Source of the DNA: Paraspadella gotoi
Taxonomy: Eukaryota; Animalia; Chaetognatha
Assembly (NCBI GenBank): GCA_051294375.1
Contig: CM119265.1
Coordinates: 19,020,631 to 19,084,630, forward strand
Direction: 5' to 3'
DNA: 64,000 nucleotides
Positions 1 through 11,562 of the stretch are shown here, one piece after another. How positions within the stretch are numbered: the first letter of the stretch is position 1; every line of letters begins with the position of its first letter. A model generated the notes under the pieces. The model worked only from the letters and a program-made list of their open reading frames with translations, had not been told where the DNA came from and made no database searches. The position numbers and the translations under genes are program-made.

Positions 1-2393
1 ATATTCGATTTTCCCTTCTTGATTTGGAACACTCAAGTTTAAGAAATCATATCTCTTAAAGTTAAACCGCTTGACCGATTTCGATAAAACATATATATAT
101 TGATTCATTTTTTAAGAAACTGTATTTTTCTTATATAATTTTAAAAAATATTCTTATGGAGCATCTGGAATTTAATGTTATAAAGAGGCGTGTTTTTTTT
201 TTTTGCACATGATTGTAAATGATTAATGATGGGAAATGTAGGGCGCATTTTCAATATCTAATTTTTAATGTTCTCAACTCTGAACTGAAATTATTTGTTT
301 GGACTAATGGACTATTGAATTGTAGAATTTTTAGCTTGATAAAAACATTTGTTCCTTAATTTTCCTATGCAATATCTTATTTTCACAGGTCGTCAAACCT
401 CACTTAATAAACCTATGCCGCTATGCCCGTAAAATTTTGTCAAAATTTATCCTAATTAAGCAATGAGCAATTAGCAATCGGCATCGAAGACGATCTGGTT
501 AAGGTCTCATAGAATCTTTATTCATTTCTTTTATTTAACACCAACAACAACAAAACAGAAGTACAATAAATTTAGGATTTTTGAATTTGTTTTCATCGAG
601 ACGTTGTGGTAGGGAATGAGGGGTAAGTGGACAAAATTGGAAAATGTGAGAGACGAAACCATAAATCTCGACTATTACGAAATAAATGTAAACAAAAAAA
701 AATACATAAATTTTTTGTTGTTTAATTGTGCAAGTTTCAAAAAGAGAAATAAGGAAAAGGGAAAAAAATCAAATAGAATTTGTTTGTAAATTTGTTTAGT
801 TTTGTTTTTATGGCTATTATAAATTGAACTTTTATGGTAAAAGAAACACTGCAGTTAATCTCTCAAAACTCGACGATACCGTAGTTAATCAATCAGAAAT
901 TAAAAGCGAATCTCAGGCAAAAAATACTTTTTTTTGTTGTAATCGAGATTGTATTAACTAATAAAAGAAAATAAAATACCGAGGATGAAATTTAAATAAT
1001 CCTCCCGATTGTTTTTCCCACTCAAAAGGGCGGAGATTTGGGTGGAGCAACGTTGATATGAGGCATTGATTGTCGTTGGGCTTTGAATTGATTACTAATT
1101 ATTTTAATAATTAGTCGTGAGCATTCGCTATAAATTCGGCGACAAAGATATGTGAAGGAACAAAGATGGCCAAAGGGGGAGACAGATAAAATCGGGAACG
1201 TGCCGAAACGAAAAAAAAAATGGAGGTTCTTAAACATTTTTTTTCTTCTTAGTTACGCTTTGCAGATGAAATTTAAATTTTATGTACCACTAATTAACAT
1301 CACGTCAAACAAAAGCCACTAATAGGTACCGACTATCGAATTTAGACTAGTTGCGGGTCTTGGAGGGAAGGATAACGTTTAAAAGAATATATCGATCGCT
1401 GTTAGTCGAGAAACGCTAATTCGAATAAGTGCTTTTAAATCGTGAGGGTCTGTTGCTATATAACACTAATGTATGAAGCAAATTTTTTTTTTAGGTAAAT
1501 CAATAAATTGTGCATCTAAATTAGCATTAAAAATAACAAATAAACAATCAAAAAAGAAACAAAAAACAAAAATAAAAAACACAAAATAGAATATGGAATC
1601 GTTGAAATTCGCTGCTACATTTGTTTTCTTTGGAAACGAAAAGCTATTTTGTTTTTCGTGATTAAATACGAGGTATACAACCACATGCTTTTTATCACAA
1701 TATTTTACAGATCACATCGGTCAATATATACTCAATCACAAATATTTGTACGTAGCTATTTATAATTTAAAACGATTTAAAATCATGGGAACTATATTGT
1801 ACGTATTTTTCTATGAAATTAAAAAAAAAAGTATCATGGATTCTTAATAGGGCAAAATATTTGTTTTTGGGGGGGGGGAGGGAGCAAGGGTTTTGTTATG
1901 TTTTGTTTGTTTACGCAGCTTAAACCCGCAAAAAAAAAAAGCAATTGAGCTATTATAAAAGAGTCAGCCGCGATTTTGAATTATTTCTGTTTTTATCAAT
2001 TGAGCAACATTCAGAACATCCTGGCGATGAGGCGGGCCGAGCAGCCTTTAAAGGCTCAACTTGAGACCAATGTCTTCCCTTTTTAAATCAAGTTTACGTA
2101 GTGGGGGTCGAAAGTTATCAACACGAAAATATTAATAATTTTCTGGCCGAATAAATTGGAACAAAAAAAAACAGTACAGTACGAAACATCGCATACTTGG
2201 CAAACTTTTTGCAAGAAATAAAAACATAGCTGGCATGAGACTCGAGAAATGATAACCGGAAATGACTGATTTAAATAAATCTAATCTGATTACAATTTAC
2301 TATGTAGAGCCTGAACATTCGTTCAAGTTTTTTATGTTTTGTGTGTGTGTTTGGGGGGGGGGGCGGGCGGGGAGAGAAGGAGTCGCGTTTTGA

Positions 2394-5300
2394 TCAATAA
2401 GCGAATCCTTGAGTGGAGACGGCGTTGCTCGTTTTAGCGCCGTTGATCCCTCCCGGCGTCGCGGCGATGACGTCGTCGGATCCTCCGACGCCGTTCTCCA
2501 TCTTTCCTGCGCCGGGCGCTCCGTTGGCGGCGCCGGGGGTTTTCTCGGCCAAATTCCGTCGTCTCGCCGTCACCAGCCTCATCAATCTCGCCCACACGAC
2601 GTCTCGATGCTGGAGAAGCCCGGGCGCTTCGCGGAACACCGCGTCAAAGAAAGCCGCCGCCTGCTTGGCGCCCACGTCGGCCGGATGAGGCGCCCCGTGC
2701 CAAAGGTCGGCAGCGAGAGCGGCGCGCCTCAACAACGCCTGGAACGCCGCCTGGGCCGGCGTCGGCGGGGAGTCGGGGGAAGCCGGTTCGGCCACCAATT
2801 CCTCGGCGGGGAACTTGGCGGCCGCGGCGGCCGCTGCGGCAAGAGCGGCCGAATGTTGATGATGTTGATGATGAGCGTCGACGAGGGATTCCGAGTCGGT
2901 GTCGTCCGAATGACTTCGTGGCGACAGACTCTCCACTCGCGCCTTCACTTCCGTCGTCACAGTCGTCGACTCCCCGAAGGCCCCGCCGGGCGAGAGGCTT
3001 CCGCGCGAGCTGCAGGATTCAGGACTCGTTGGGTGGTGATGATGATGGTGGTGGTGGTGGGGGTGGTGATGTGGCGGGAGTGGATGAGGGTGGAGGTCGA
3101 GACGATGACTTCGCTCCTTCGAAGGGTCGCTCAACGACCCGAAGCTTCCCTCCAAGTGTCTGTCCATGATGACTTTGGCGGCGGCGGCAGCCGCGGCGGC
3201 CGAGTTGGCGACCGAATTGGCCACGAGGGAGTGAGGGGGGCGCACGTCGGCTTGCGACCCCGCGTGGGCGAACGCTGGGTGTTGTTGTTGTTGTTGGGCC
3301 AAGGGGTGCGTATGGCGAGGGTGAAAAGGGTGGAGTGGGTGCAAGGGTAGATGGTGGAGCGGGGATCGTCGCGAAAGAGTCATCGTCGCCGCAGAAGAAG
3401 TTGTCGCCGTCGTCGTCGTCGTCCTGGAGGTCGTTTTCGACGCGTCTTCCGTCGACGACCTCTCGTCGACGACGAGATTGGCGTCGACTTCGTCCTCGTG
3501 ATCTTCAATGAAGGAGGCGTTCTCCAAGCTGGCGTCCGAGGCCGGCAGAGAGGGCGTCTCGCCCTCGGAGCGCGCCTTCTTGTCGCCGGCGGCCGGGTGA
3601 TGGCCGAGAACGCCGCCGACGCCGCTTGGCGTCGTTGGGGCGCCGTCCTTTTCTTGTTTGTCCTGAAGATCTTTCAAGTAGCTTCTCCGGTTCTGCAGGG
3701 CGATGGCGAGGCGGCGCCAGACGGAAATGCGGTGGGCGGTCAACTGGGGGCAGATCTCGAACACCTTAGGGAGAGAGGGTAACGAGTGGAAATGGTCATA
3801 TTAATTAAAATTATTGAAACAAGACCATTTAGGTAAGTTTAAATATCTTTGTTAATTACTAAATGGTATATCACTTGTGAAAGAATTAATTCACTTTTTT
3901 CTCTATTTGAACTTATACAATTTGCCTTGTAAGTTGCCTCAAAATGATTAAATGAGCAACAGCGAACTCATTGTCTCACCTTTTGAAAGAACATCGTCTT
4001 TTGGTGTTCGGTGATGTTCTTCAACCGGGTCGCCGGCTGCCAGATGTTGGCGTACATGGCCGCCTTCCGAATGAGCGAGTGAAAGTAGAGCTGCGCCTCC
4101 GTGGCCTTCTGCCCCTGACGCTTCTCCTGCAGCATATCGTTGATGTCGTAGGGGCATTCGGGATGGCGTCCCGGCGTTAAGGACGCCAGGGAGGGCGGGC
4201 AATCGGCGGCGGCGGGATTGCCTGCGGCGCCGGCACCGCCGACGCCTCCCTGCTGCTTCTGGGCCGCGGCAGCTGCGGCGGCGGCCATAGAGGCGGCGAC
4301 GGCGACCGAGCCGGGATTTTGAAACGCCGAGGAATGGTTCCCGCCGGGCCCGCCGGGGTGGTGGGGTCCGTTGGGGTGGAGAGAGGTGGGAGGTGGCGGG
4401 ATGGGATGGTGGAACGCCTGATGAGAGACGCGGTCTTGATGAGCGGCGGCTCCTAGCATCGCAGCAGCAGCCGCGGCGGGGTTTGGCTTAAAAAGGGAAA
4501 GCGGATGCGAGCCGCCGGGGCCGAGATGAGGGCCGTCCTTGGCTGGGCCGTCTCCCGTAAACGGGCTTTTCAAATCAAGAGCTCCGGGTACGAAAAAAGG
4601 GTACCCCAGCGGCGGTTGATGAGGCGGACCGCCTCCGTCGTTTCTGCGGTGCTGGGCCAGGATGGGGGGCGCGATGGCGGCATGAAGTAGAGGAGAATTC
4701 TGCAGCGCCTCCAAACCGAAGGGCAGCATCGGATGATGCAGCGGAGGATGCGGCGCCGGCGGCGCCTTTCGTAGCTCCGATCGATCGTCCGAGTCCAGCC
4801 TCTTGACGTCGGCGTCTCGATCGTCGCAGACGGAGAGATCGAGCGGGTGCTGCCCGGCGGCGCCGCCTCCGCCGCCATTCCCGCCACTAACGCCGCCCAT
4901 CGAGCTGCTCGTCCGCGGGTAGAGATCGTCGAAGGCTTCGGCGAGGCTTCGGACGGGGAAGACGGGCGGCGAGCGGGCGGACGACTGGGACAGCGGCGGC
5001 GGCGACGAAGATGACGACGCCGTCGTGGAGAAGTCCATCCCGCTCACCGGTCGGTCCAGGAATCGTTCCTCCACCATCTTGTAGGTCTTGCCCTTGTTGT
5101 CTCGTCGGCCTTCGGAGAGGTCCTTGATGTAGCTGCGTCGGTTCTGAAGGGCGATGCCCAGGCGACGCCAGACCAGCTCTTGGTAGCCGCGAAGTTGGGG
5201 CACGGCCTCGTAGACAGTGTCGAAAAACATGGCCTTAAGGGGGGAAGAGGGAAAATGAATGATTTTAAATTAGGAGAGAATTAACAAGAGAAAATAAAAA

Positions 5301-7180
5301 GATAAAAGAAAGAATAATTGAGAGAAAGGAAGGAGATAATGAATTTAAATGCGTAAATGAGGCTTAACTGATAAGTGATAAGTGATAAGCTCGCAAAATC
5401 GTAAAGGTTTGCGAGATTATTAATTTACTAAAGGTTTATAGAAAGAAAAGAAATTGTTTCTTGATATTTTATGCTTTCCTCACCTTCTGTTCGCTGCTAA
5501 TGTCCTTCAGCTTAGCCGCGTTCTCCCAAATGTTCGCCAGCATCGCCGCTTTTCTGATCAGCGAGTGAAAGTACAACTGCGCCTCCGTCGCCTTCTGTCC
5601 GTACTTCTTCTCGGCCAGCATGTCGTCCACTTTGTAGCAGAGGGGATTGGCCAAGCAGGCTGCGTCCAACCCCGGCACGCCCCCCGGCAACGGCCCGTTG
5701 TTGTTGAGGGACTTGTTGTTGTGGTTGTGCCGATCGTGAAGGTCGCGGAAAGTCTGGTAAAAGTTGGAGGCGATCTGCTGCCGCGCGAACTGGAACAGGT
5801 CGTGCGGGTTGAGATGGGGCGCTGCGCCAGCAGCGGCATCGGCGTCGTCGACGGAACCGAAGGGCCGTCGCGGCGGCGGCGGGGGATGGTGGGGGTGGTG
5901 GTTTGGCAGGAAAAGGTTGTAGGGAAGTCGAGTGGACGGCCCGTTGGGCGAGAATACCTCGTCGGTGGAGGATGGTCGTCGATCGATCGGAGAATGATCG
6001 CGATCGGGGAAAATGTCCCGACGGGGATGTTGGAAATGTTGATGGTGGTGGAGATTGTCGGGCGACAGGGCACCTCTGGAGGAGGAACGACGACCGTCGG
6101 GCGTTGGACTTCGCGACCGCATCGACTGAGGTGGCGGCGTCTCCGGCGCCTCCTGCATCTCGGGTTTCCGATCTTCATTGTCGGAAGAGTCGCCCCTTTT
6201 ATCGGGCTCGTCGGCGCCGGTCTCGTCATAGGCCCCGCTTTTGGCCGAGAGGTCCCAGGCCAAGCAGGCGCCGTCTTCGCGCTTGACTTCCGGCGCCGCG
6301 GCTTCGACGGCGGCGTCGGCGACGTCCCTCTCGGCGTTCTCGCCGACGCGGGCGATCTTGGTCGGCACGAAAGCCTTTCGCCCTTTGGAAGATCTCGACT
6401 TTTCGTGATCTTGGAGGCGAAACTTTTTGTGGGGGATGTTGGGGCCAGCGCGGGTCTCGGCGCTTTCAGGCGACGTCGGCGACCTCCGCGGCGACGGAGA
6501 TCGCGAGTCGGAGCGCCGGGACGTCGCGTCAACGGCGCCGGTGGACGAGGAGATGGAGCTGCAATGGGAAGACGTTCCTTCGGCTTCATGACCCTTGACC
6601 CCGACCACGGCCGCAGCCGCTTCTTGCAGCACTTCGTCCGCGCGGCGCTTTAGGCCTCGGAGGTACGAGCCGTCGACGGGCTGATTGGTGGAAGAGTCGG
6701 CGGCGTCGGGACTCGGCGGCGGAGAGTCGCGCCCTTCAGCGCTGGGATCGACGCCGCCTGAAGCTGCGGCGACCGCTGCTGCGGCGGCGACGGCGGCGCC
6801 CTGACGGAACGCCGTCTTCATGTAGTCGCAGCAAGTGCTGATGATATGGGCTACGTTTAGAAACGTGGCCGCCGTCAGTGTCTCCAACACGTTGTGGGTC
6901 GTGAGCTCGAGGCGCGCCGTGTAGAGGCAGTCGAGGAGCGTCTCCACGCCCGTCGCCTTCAACGTCGGAAGACGGACGACTTCCTCATCGCCGGCGAGGC
7001 GTTGGGAGAAGAGATGGCGGAAATAATCGGAGGAGGCGGCGAGGAGCGTCTTGTGGGCGGGGAAGGTCCTGTCATCAACTTGCAGCACCACGTCGCAGAG
7101 GACGCGGTTTTGCCGCATGTAGCAGAGTTTTTGCAGCAGGCTCGGGGGGAAATCTTTGTACTCGTGAGAGTAGGTGATTC
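2394..7180 (-). CDS. BTB/POZ-domain protein with three ~90-aa helical repeats (putative transcriptional regulator); 5'-partial, 3 coding exons found
   Basis: Exons 7180-5484, 5233-3980 and 3764-2394 (TGA) join in frame through canonical sites: ttgcag|GA at 7180 (phase 1), AAG|gtgagg...ttaag|GCC and AAG|gtgaga...ctaag|GTG (both phase 0). The N-terminus reads ITYSHEYKDFPPSLLQKLCYMRQNRVLCDVVLQVDDRTFPAHKTLLAASSDYFRHLF...LLDCLYTARL...AATFLNV, a typical BTB signature. The exons are GC-rich against AT-rich introns. About 1,440 codons; the start exon lies upstream and is not identified. Confidence 0.9.
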
Positions 7181-7565
7181 CTGCAAGTGGAGAGAGGGGA
7201 TGGGGATACGGAATTTGTGAATTGATTGTAAGAACTCGAACTGGTAATAAAAGTTGCGAAATTACTCTTTTCTCTGATTTTAAGAAGTCTCCCTACCAAG
7301 TTTCCTCTTTTAATCTTACGTAGATCACTTTCCCTTTCACCGATGGTCGCTGTGATAATTACGTCAATCTTTCTAACCACAGTTTCGTCACTTTTTTATT
7401 TTTGTAAAAAAATAGCAACTCCTTCTATTCGAACTTCCACATTATTCCTCCTTCTCCCTTTCTTCCCCACTTCTTCCCCCCTATTTTCTCCCTTTCCCCT
7501 TCCCCACTTTCCCGAAGGACAGAACTGGCGACGCCGAATCGCGTTTCTCTTCTGGAAAAACTCTG

Positions 7566-7686
<121 letters not shown>

Positions 7687-10600
7687 CGGGAGAAAACGAA
7701 GAATCTAACGCGAAAATTAAAATTAGCCTCGAGCGCAAAAACAGATAAACGAATCCCAGACTTTTATTTTCATCGGCTTCTTCTCTAGCCGACGATTACA
7801 AAGAGAGAGAGAGTGAGAGACGCGAGACATCGGACAGTCGAGAAGAAGAACAGAAACGCAGAGAGAGAGAAGGGAAAGAGATAAGGGTGAGGGAGAGGTT
7901 TTTAAGAAGAAAAAAATGAAAGACATAAGACAAAGGAATGGGGAAATTTCAGGGATATTAAGAGGGAGAGAATTAACGGAGAGAGAAGAGGAGGAGGAAG
8001 AGAGAGGAGAGAGAGAGAGACAGGAAGAGACGAGGAGAGAGGACGACGAGAGAAGAAAGCAGACCAACGTCAGGTCGAGAGAGATGAAAGATAGGAACCC
8101 GGAAGGAGAAGAGAGAGAGAGAGAGCACAGAAAATGTCTGAGTTTTCTTCTTTTTCTTTTGGCCCCAAATTCCCAATTGTTTACCGGTCGCCTGGTCTTT
8201 CTCTCCCTTGTTGACGATTGGCAGGGACTCCATCTTTTTTTTCTTAGAGTTTGATGAGTTTTTTTTTTTCTGTTTTGTTTTGTTGTTTTTGTTGTTTTTT
8301 TTTCTTTCCTTTTTCGTCGTGGTCAAGATTTGGAATCTCGGGTGTCGAAGAAAACGGATCTCATGATGTACGAGTTCGCGCCGAATCTGTAAAGAAAAAA
8401 AAAACCGCATTTAATTCAATTAATGTTTCGAGTTTTTTTCCCTAGTAATAATACGGATCATAGAATAAAAATGTCAAAGGTAATGGGATATAATGCGTAA
8501 AGCGTCTACGTAAATGGCAACGACCTTAATCTTTCGATACAAGAAATGAAGTGAAAAAAAAAACGTGGAAAAAATGTGTTCGCGACCGAAGAAGTAAAAC
8601 GAAAATAAAAAAGGTTACGGATTTTATTAAAAAAAAAAAAAAAAATCCGGGACAGATTGAAGTGAAGCTATTTAAGGGTCGACTGCGACGAAGACGATGG
8701 TAACGACAATAAGCGACCACGACGACGGACGACGATAAAGAGACGGCAAGCCCCGTCTAGTTAGAGGAAGAAAACTTTCCAGGACCCAAGAGTTCATAGC
8801 GTCACATAGACCGTTCAAGAAAATGAGAGTGAGAGAGAGAGGAGAGAGAGAGAGACGAGGAGAGAGATGAGAGAGACAGAGAGAGAGAGAGAGCATGAGA
8901 AGAGAGCGAATGAGAGAGAGAGAGAGAAACGTCGGATTCCACGACCCCCCCCGGATTTCAGCAGACATAAAAAGCCAAAAGAATAGATAAAAGCGACAAA
9001 AATAAAAAAAAAAAACAAGAAAACAAAAAAAAATAACGGATTTCTTACAATAATACCAAAAATGACAAAAAAAGGAGAGACGTGAATGTAACCCATAAGA
9101 GTGCAGTTCTATTTCTTCTCTCTCTTCTCTCTCTCTCTTCTTCGGCTCTCTCTCTCAATCTTCTCTCTCTCTCTTCTCTCTCTCTCTCCTACTCTCTCTC
9201 TCTCTCTCATCTCTTAAAATTGAGCGAGAGAGAAAGAGAGAGACCGAGACGCGGTCGCCCGTGACAACCTACATCTGTCCGCGCGCCCGCCTTCTCAGCC
9301 GAAATTCAGTCATTTGAGTCTAACGCCGTAACATGAAGAAAACTTGTCTTCGTTACGTCGGAATTCGGTCCGGCGACGGAATTTGGAGGCCGGAGGCGGG
9401 AAAAGTGAATCATAAGTCGACGAGAGGGAAAAAAAAGAAAAGGAAAAGAAGAAAATAGGAAAAGAAAAGGATTGAAAATAAAGAGGCGAAGAAAGTGAAT
9501 GAAATGTAGAAGCGAATTATGATGAGAGAAGTTAAAAAAAAAAAAAGAGAGGATAAATGATTAATATGGGAATGTAGGCGATTTTCAATATCTAATTTTT
9601 ATGTTCACTCTGACTGAAATTATTTTTGGACTATGGACTATTGAATTGTAGAATTTTTAAGCGTTGATATCACATTTGTTAATTATTTTCCTATGCATAT
9701 ATAAGGTGCAATCTATTATATACTATGCGTATGCCGTAAATTTTGGTCAAAATTTATCCTAATTAGCATGATGCAATTACGGCGGAGATGAGATTGGTTA
9801 TAGGTCCATAGAATTTTATCCTTCGTTTTATTAAAACAACAAAACAGAGTAAATAATTTAGGATTTTGAATTTTGTTTTCAATCGAGAGTTGTGGTAGGG
9901 ATGAGGGGTAAGTGGACAATGAAATGTGGAGAGAAAGAACCATAAATTTCGAAAGACACCTACATTAAAAATAATGTAAACAAAATAATAATAATTTTTT
10001 GTTGTTATGTGCAGTTTCAAAAGAGAATAAGGAAGGAAACATCAAATAGAATTTGTTTGTAATTTGTTTAGTTGGTTTTATGCTTTATAAATTAAATTTT
10101 ATGTAAAAGAAAACTGACAGTTAATCTCTCACAAGACTGAGAATAAAGTATTATCATCAGTAAATTAAGCGAATACTCGGACCAAAAAATCTTTTTTTTG
10201 TTTGTCTGAGATTATGTTTAAATATACAGAAGCTAAATCGAGGATGACTTTAAATAATCTCCGATTGTTTTCACAAGGGCGGAGATTGGGTGGAGGCAAC
10301 TTGATATGATGGATTGATTAGTCGTTGGGGCTTTGATTGATTAATAATTATTTTAATAATTAGTGTAGCATTCGTAAAAAATTCGGGGCGACAAGATATG
10401 TGAAGGGACAGATGGCATAGGGAACGAAAATGGAACGTGCCGAAACGAAAAAAAATGGGGTTCTTAAAATTTTTTTTTCTTCTTTAGTTACCTTTGGGCA
10501 GATGAAATTAATTTTATGTAACTAATTAACTCACGTCAAACAAAAGGACCACTATAGGTACCAGACTTATCGAATTTGCTAGTTTGGGGTCTTGAGGGAG

Positions 10601-11562
10601 GATATAGTTTTACGAAATATCGATCGCTGTTTAGTCGAGAAGCTAATTCGAATAAGTGCTTTTAATCGTGAGGGTCTGTTGCTATATACATATGTATGAA
10701 GCAAATTTTTTTTTAGGTAAATCAATATTGTGCTTAAATTAGTATTAAATACAAATAAACAATCAAAGAACAAAAAACAAAAATAAAACAAATAGAAATA
10801 TGGAATGTTGAAATTCGTGCTATTTGTTTCTTTGGAACGAAAGCTATATTGTTTTTCGTGATTAAATTCGAGGTAATAAACAACATGCTTTTTATATCAA
10901 TATTTATAAAGATACATCGGTCAATATATACTCATTCCAATATTGTACGTAGCTATTTATAATTTAACACGATTTAAATCATGGGAATATATTTGTACGT
11001 ATTTTTTATGAATAAAAAAATGTATCATGGATTTTAATAGGGCAAAATATTTTGTTTTTGGGGGGGAGGAAGCAAGGGTTTTTTTGTTATGTTTAGTTTG
11101 TTTTAACGCATGGCTTAAACCATCCCAAAAAAAGCATTGAGCTATTTAAAAGAGTCAGCGCGATTTTGATTATTTTTGTTTTTATCATTGAGACATTCAG
11201 AATCTGGCGATGAGGCGGCGAGCGCCTTTAAAGGTCAACTTGAGAACAATGTATTCCCTTTTTAAATAAGTTTACTGTAGTGGGGGTCGAAGTTATAACA
11301 GCGATAAATATAATAATTTCTGGCCGAATAAAATTGAACAAAAAAAAAAGTACAGTACAACATGCATACTTGCACTTTTTGCAAGAATAAACAATAGTGG
11401 CAAGAGATCGAGAAAATGATACCGAATGACTGATTATAAATAAAATCTAATCTGATTACATTATTATGTAGAGCCTGAACATTCGTTTCAAGTTTTTTAT
11501 GTTTTTGTGGTGTGTGTTGGGGGGGGGGGGGGGCGGGTCGGAGAGAAGGAGTGCCGTTTTGA

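Noticed and set aside
1-215. Possible MITE fragment at the window start (a similar-looking AT-rich block lies at ~32300-32540)
   Set aside because: No termini, TSD or second copy can be shown within the window.
2409-6653. Long plus-strand and alternate-frame ORFs (313, 399 and 343 aa) overlapping the BTB exons
   Set aside because: They are shadow ORFs of GC-rich coding DNA, with no domain motifs or independent splice structure.
5484-7180. Assignment as a Kelch-like, ZBTB, BACH or NACC ortholog
   Set aside because: No BACK/Kelch, C2H2 or bZIP region follows the BTB domain, and BEN similarity is only inferred, so no gene symbol is given.
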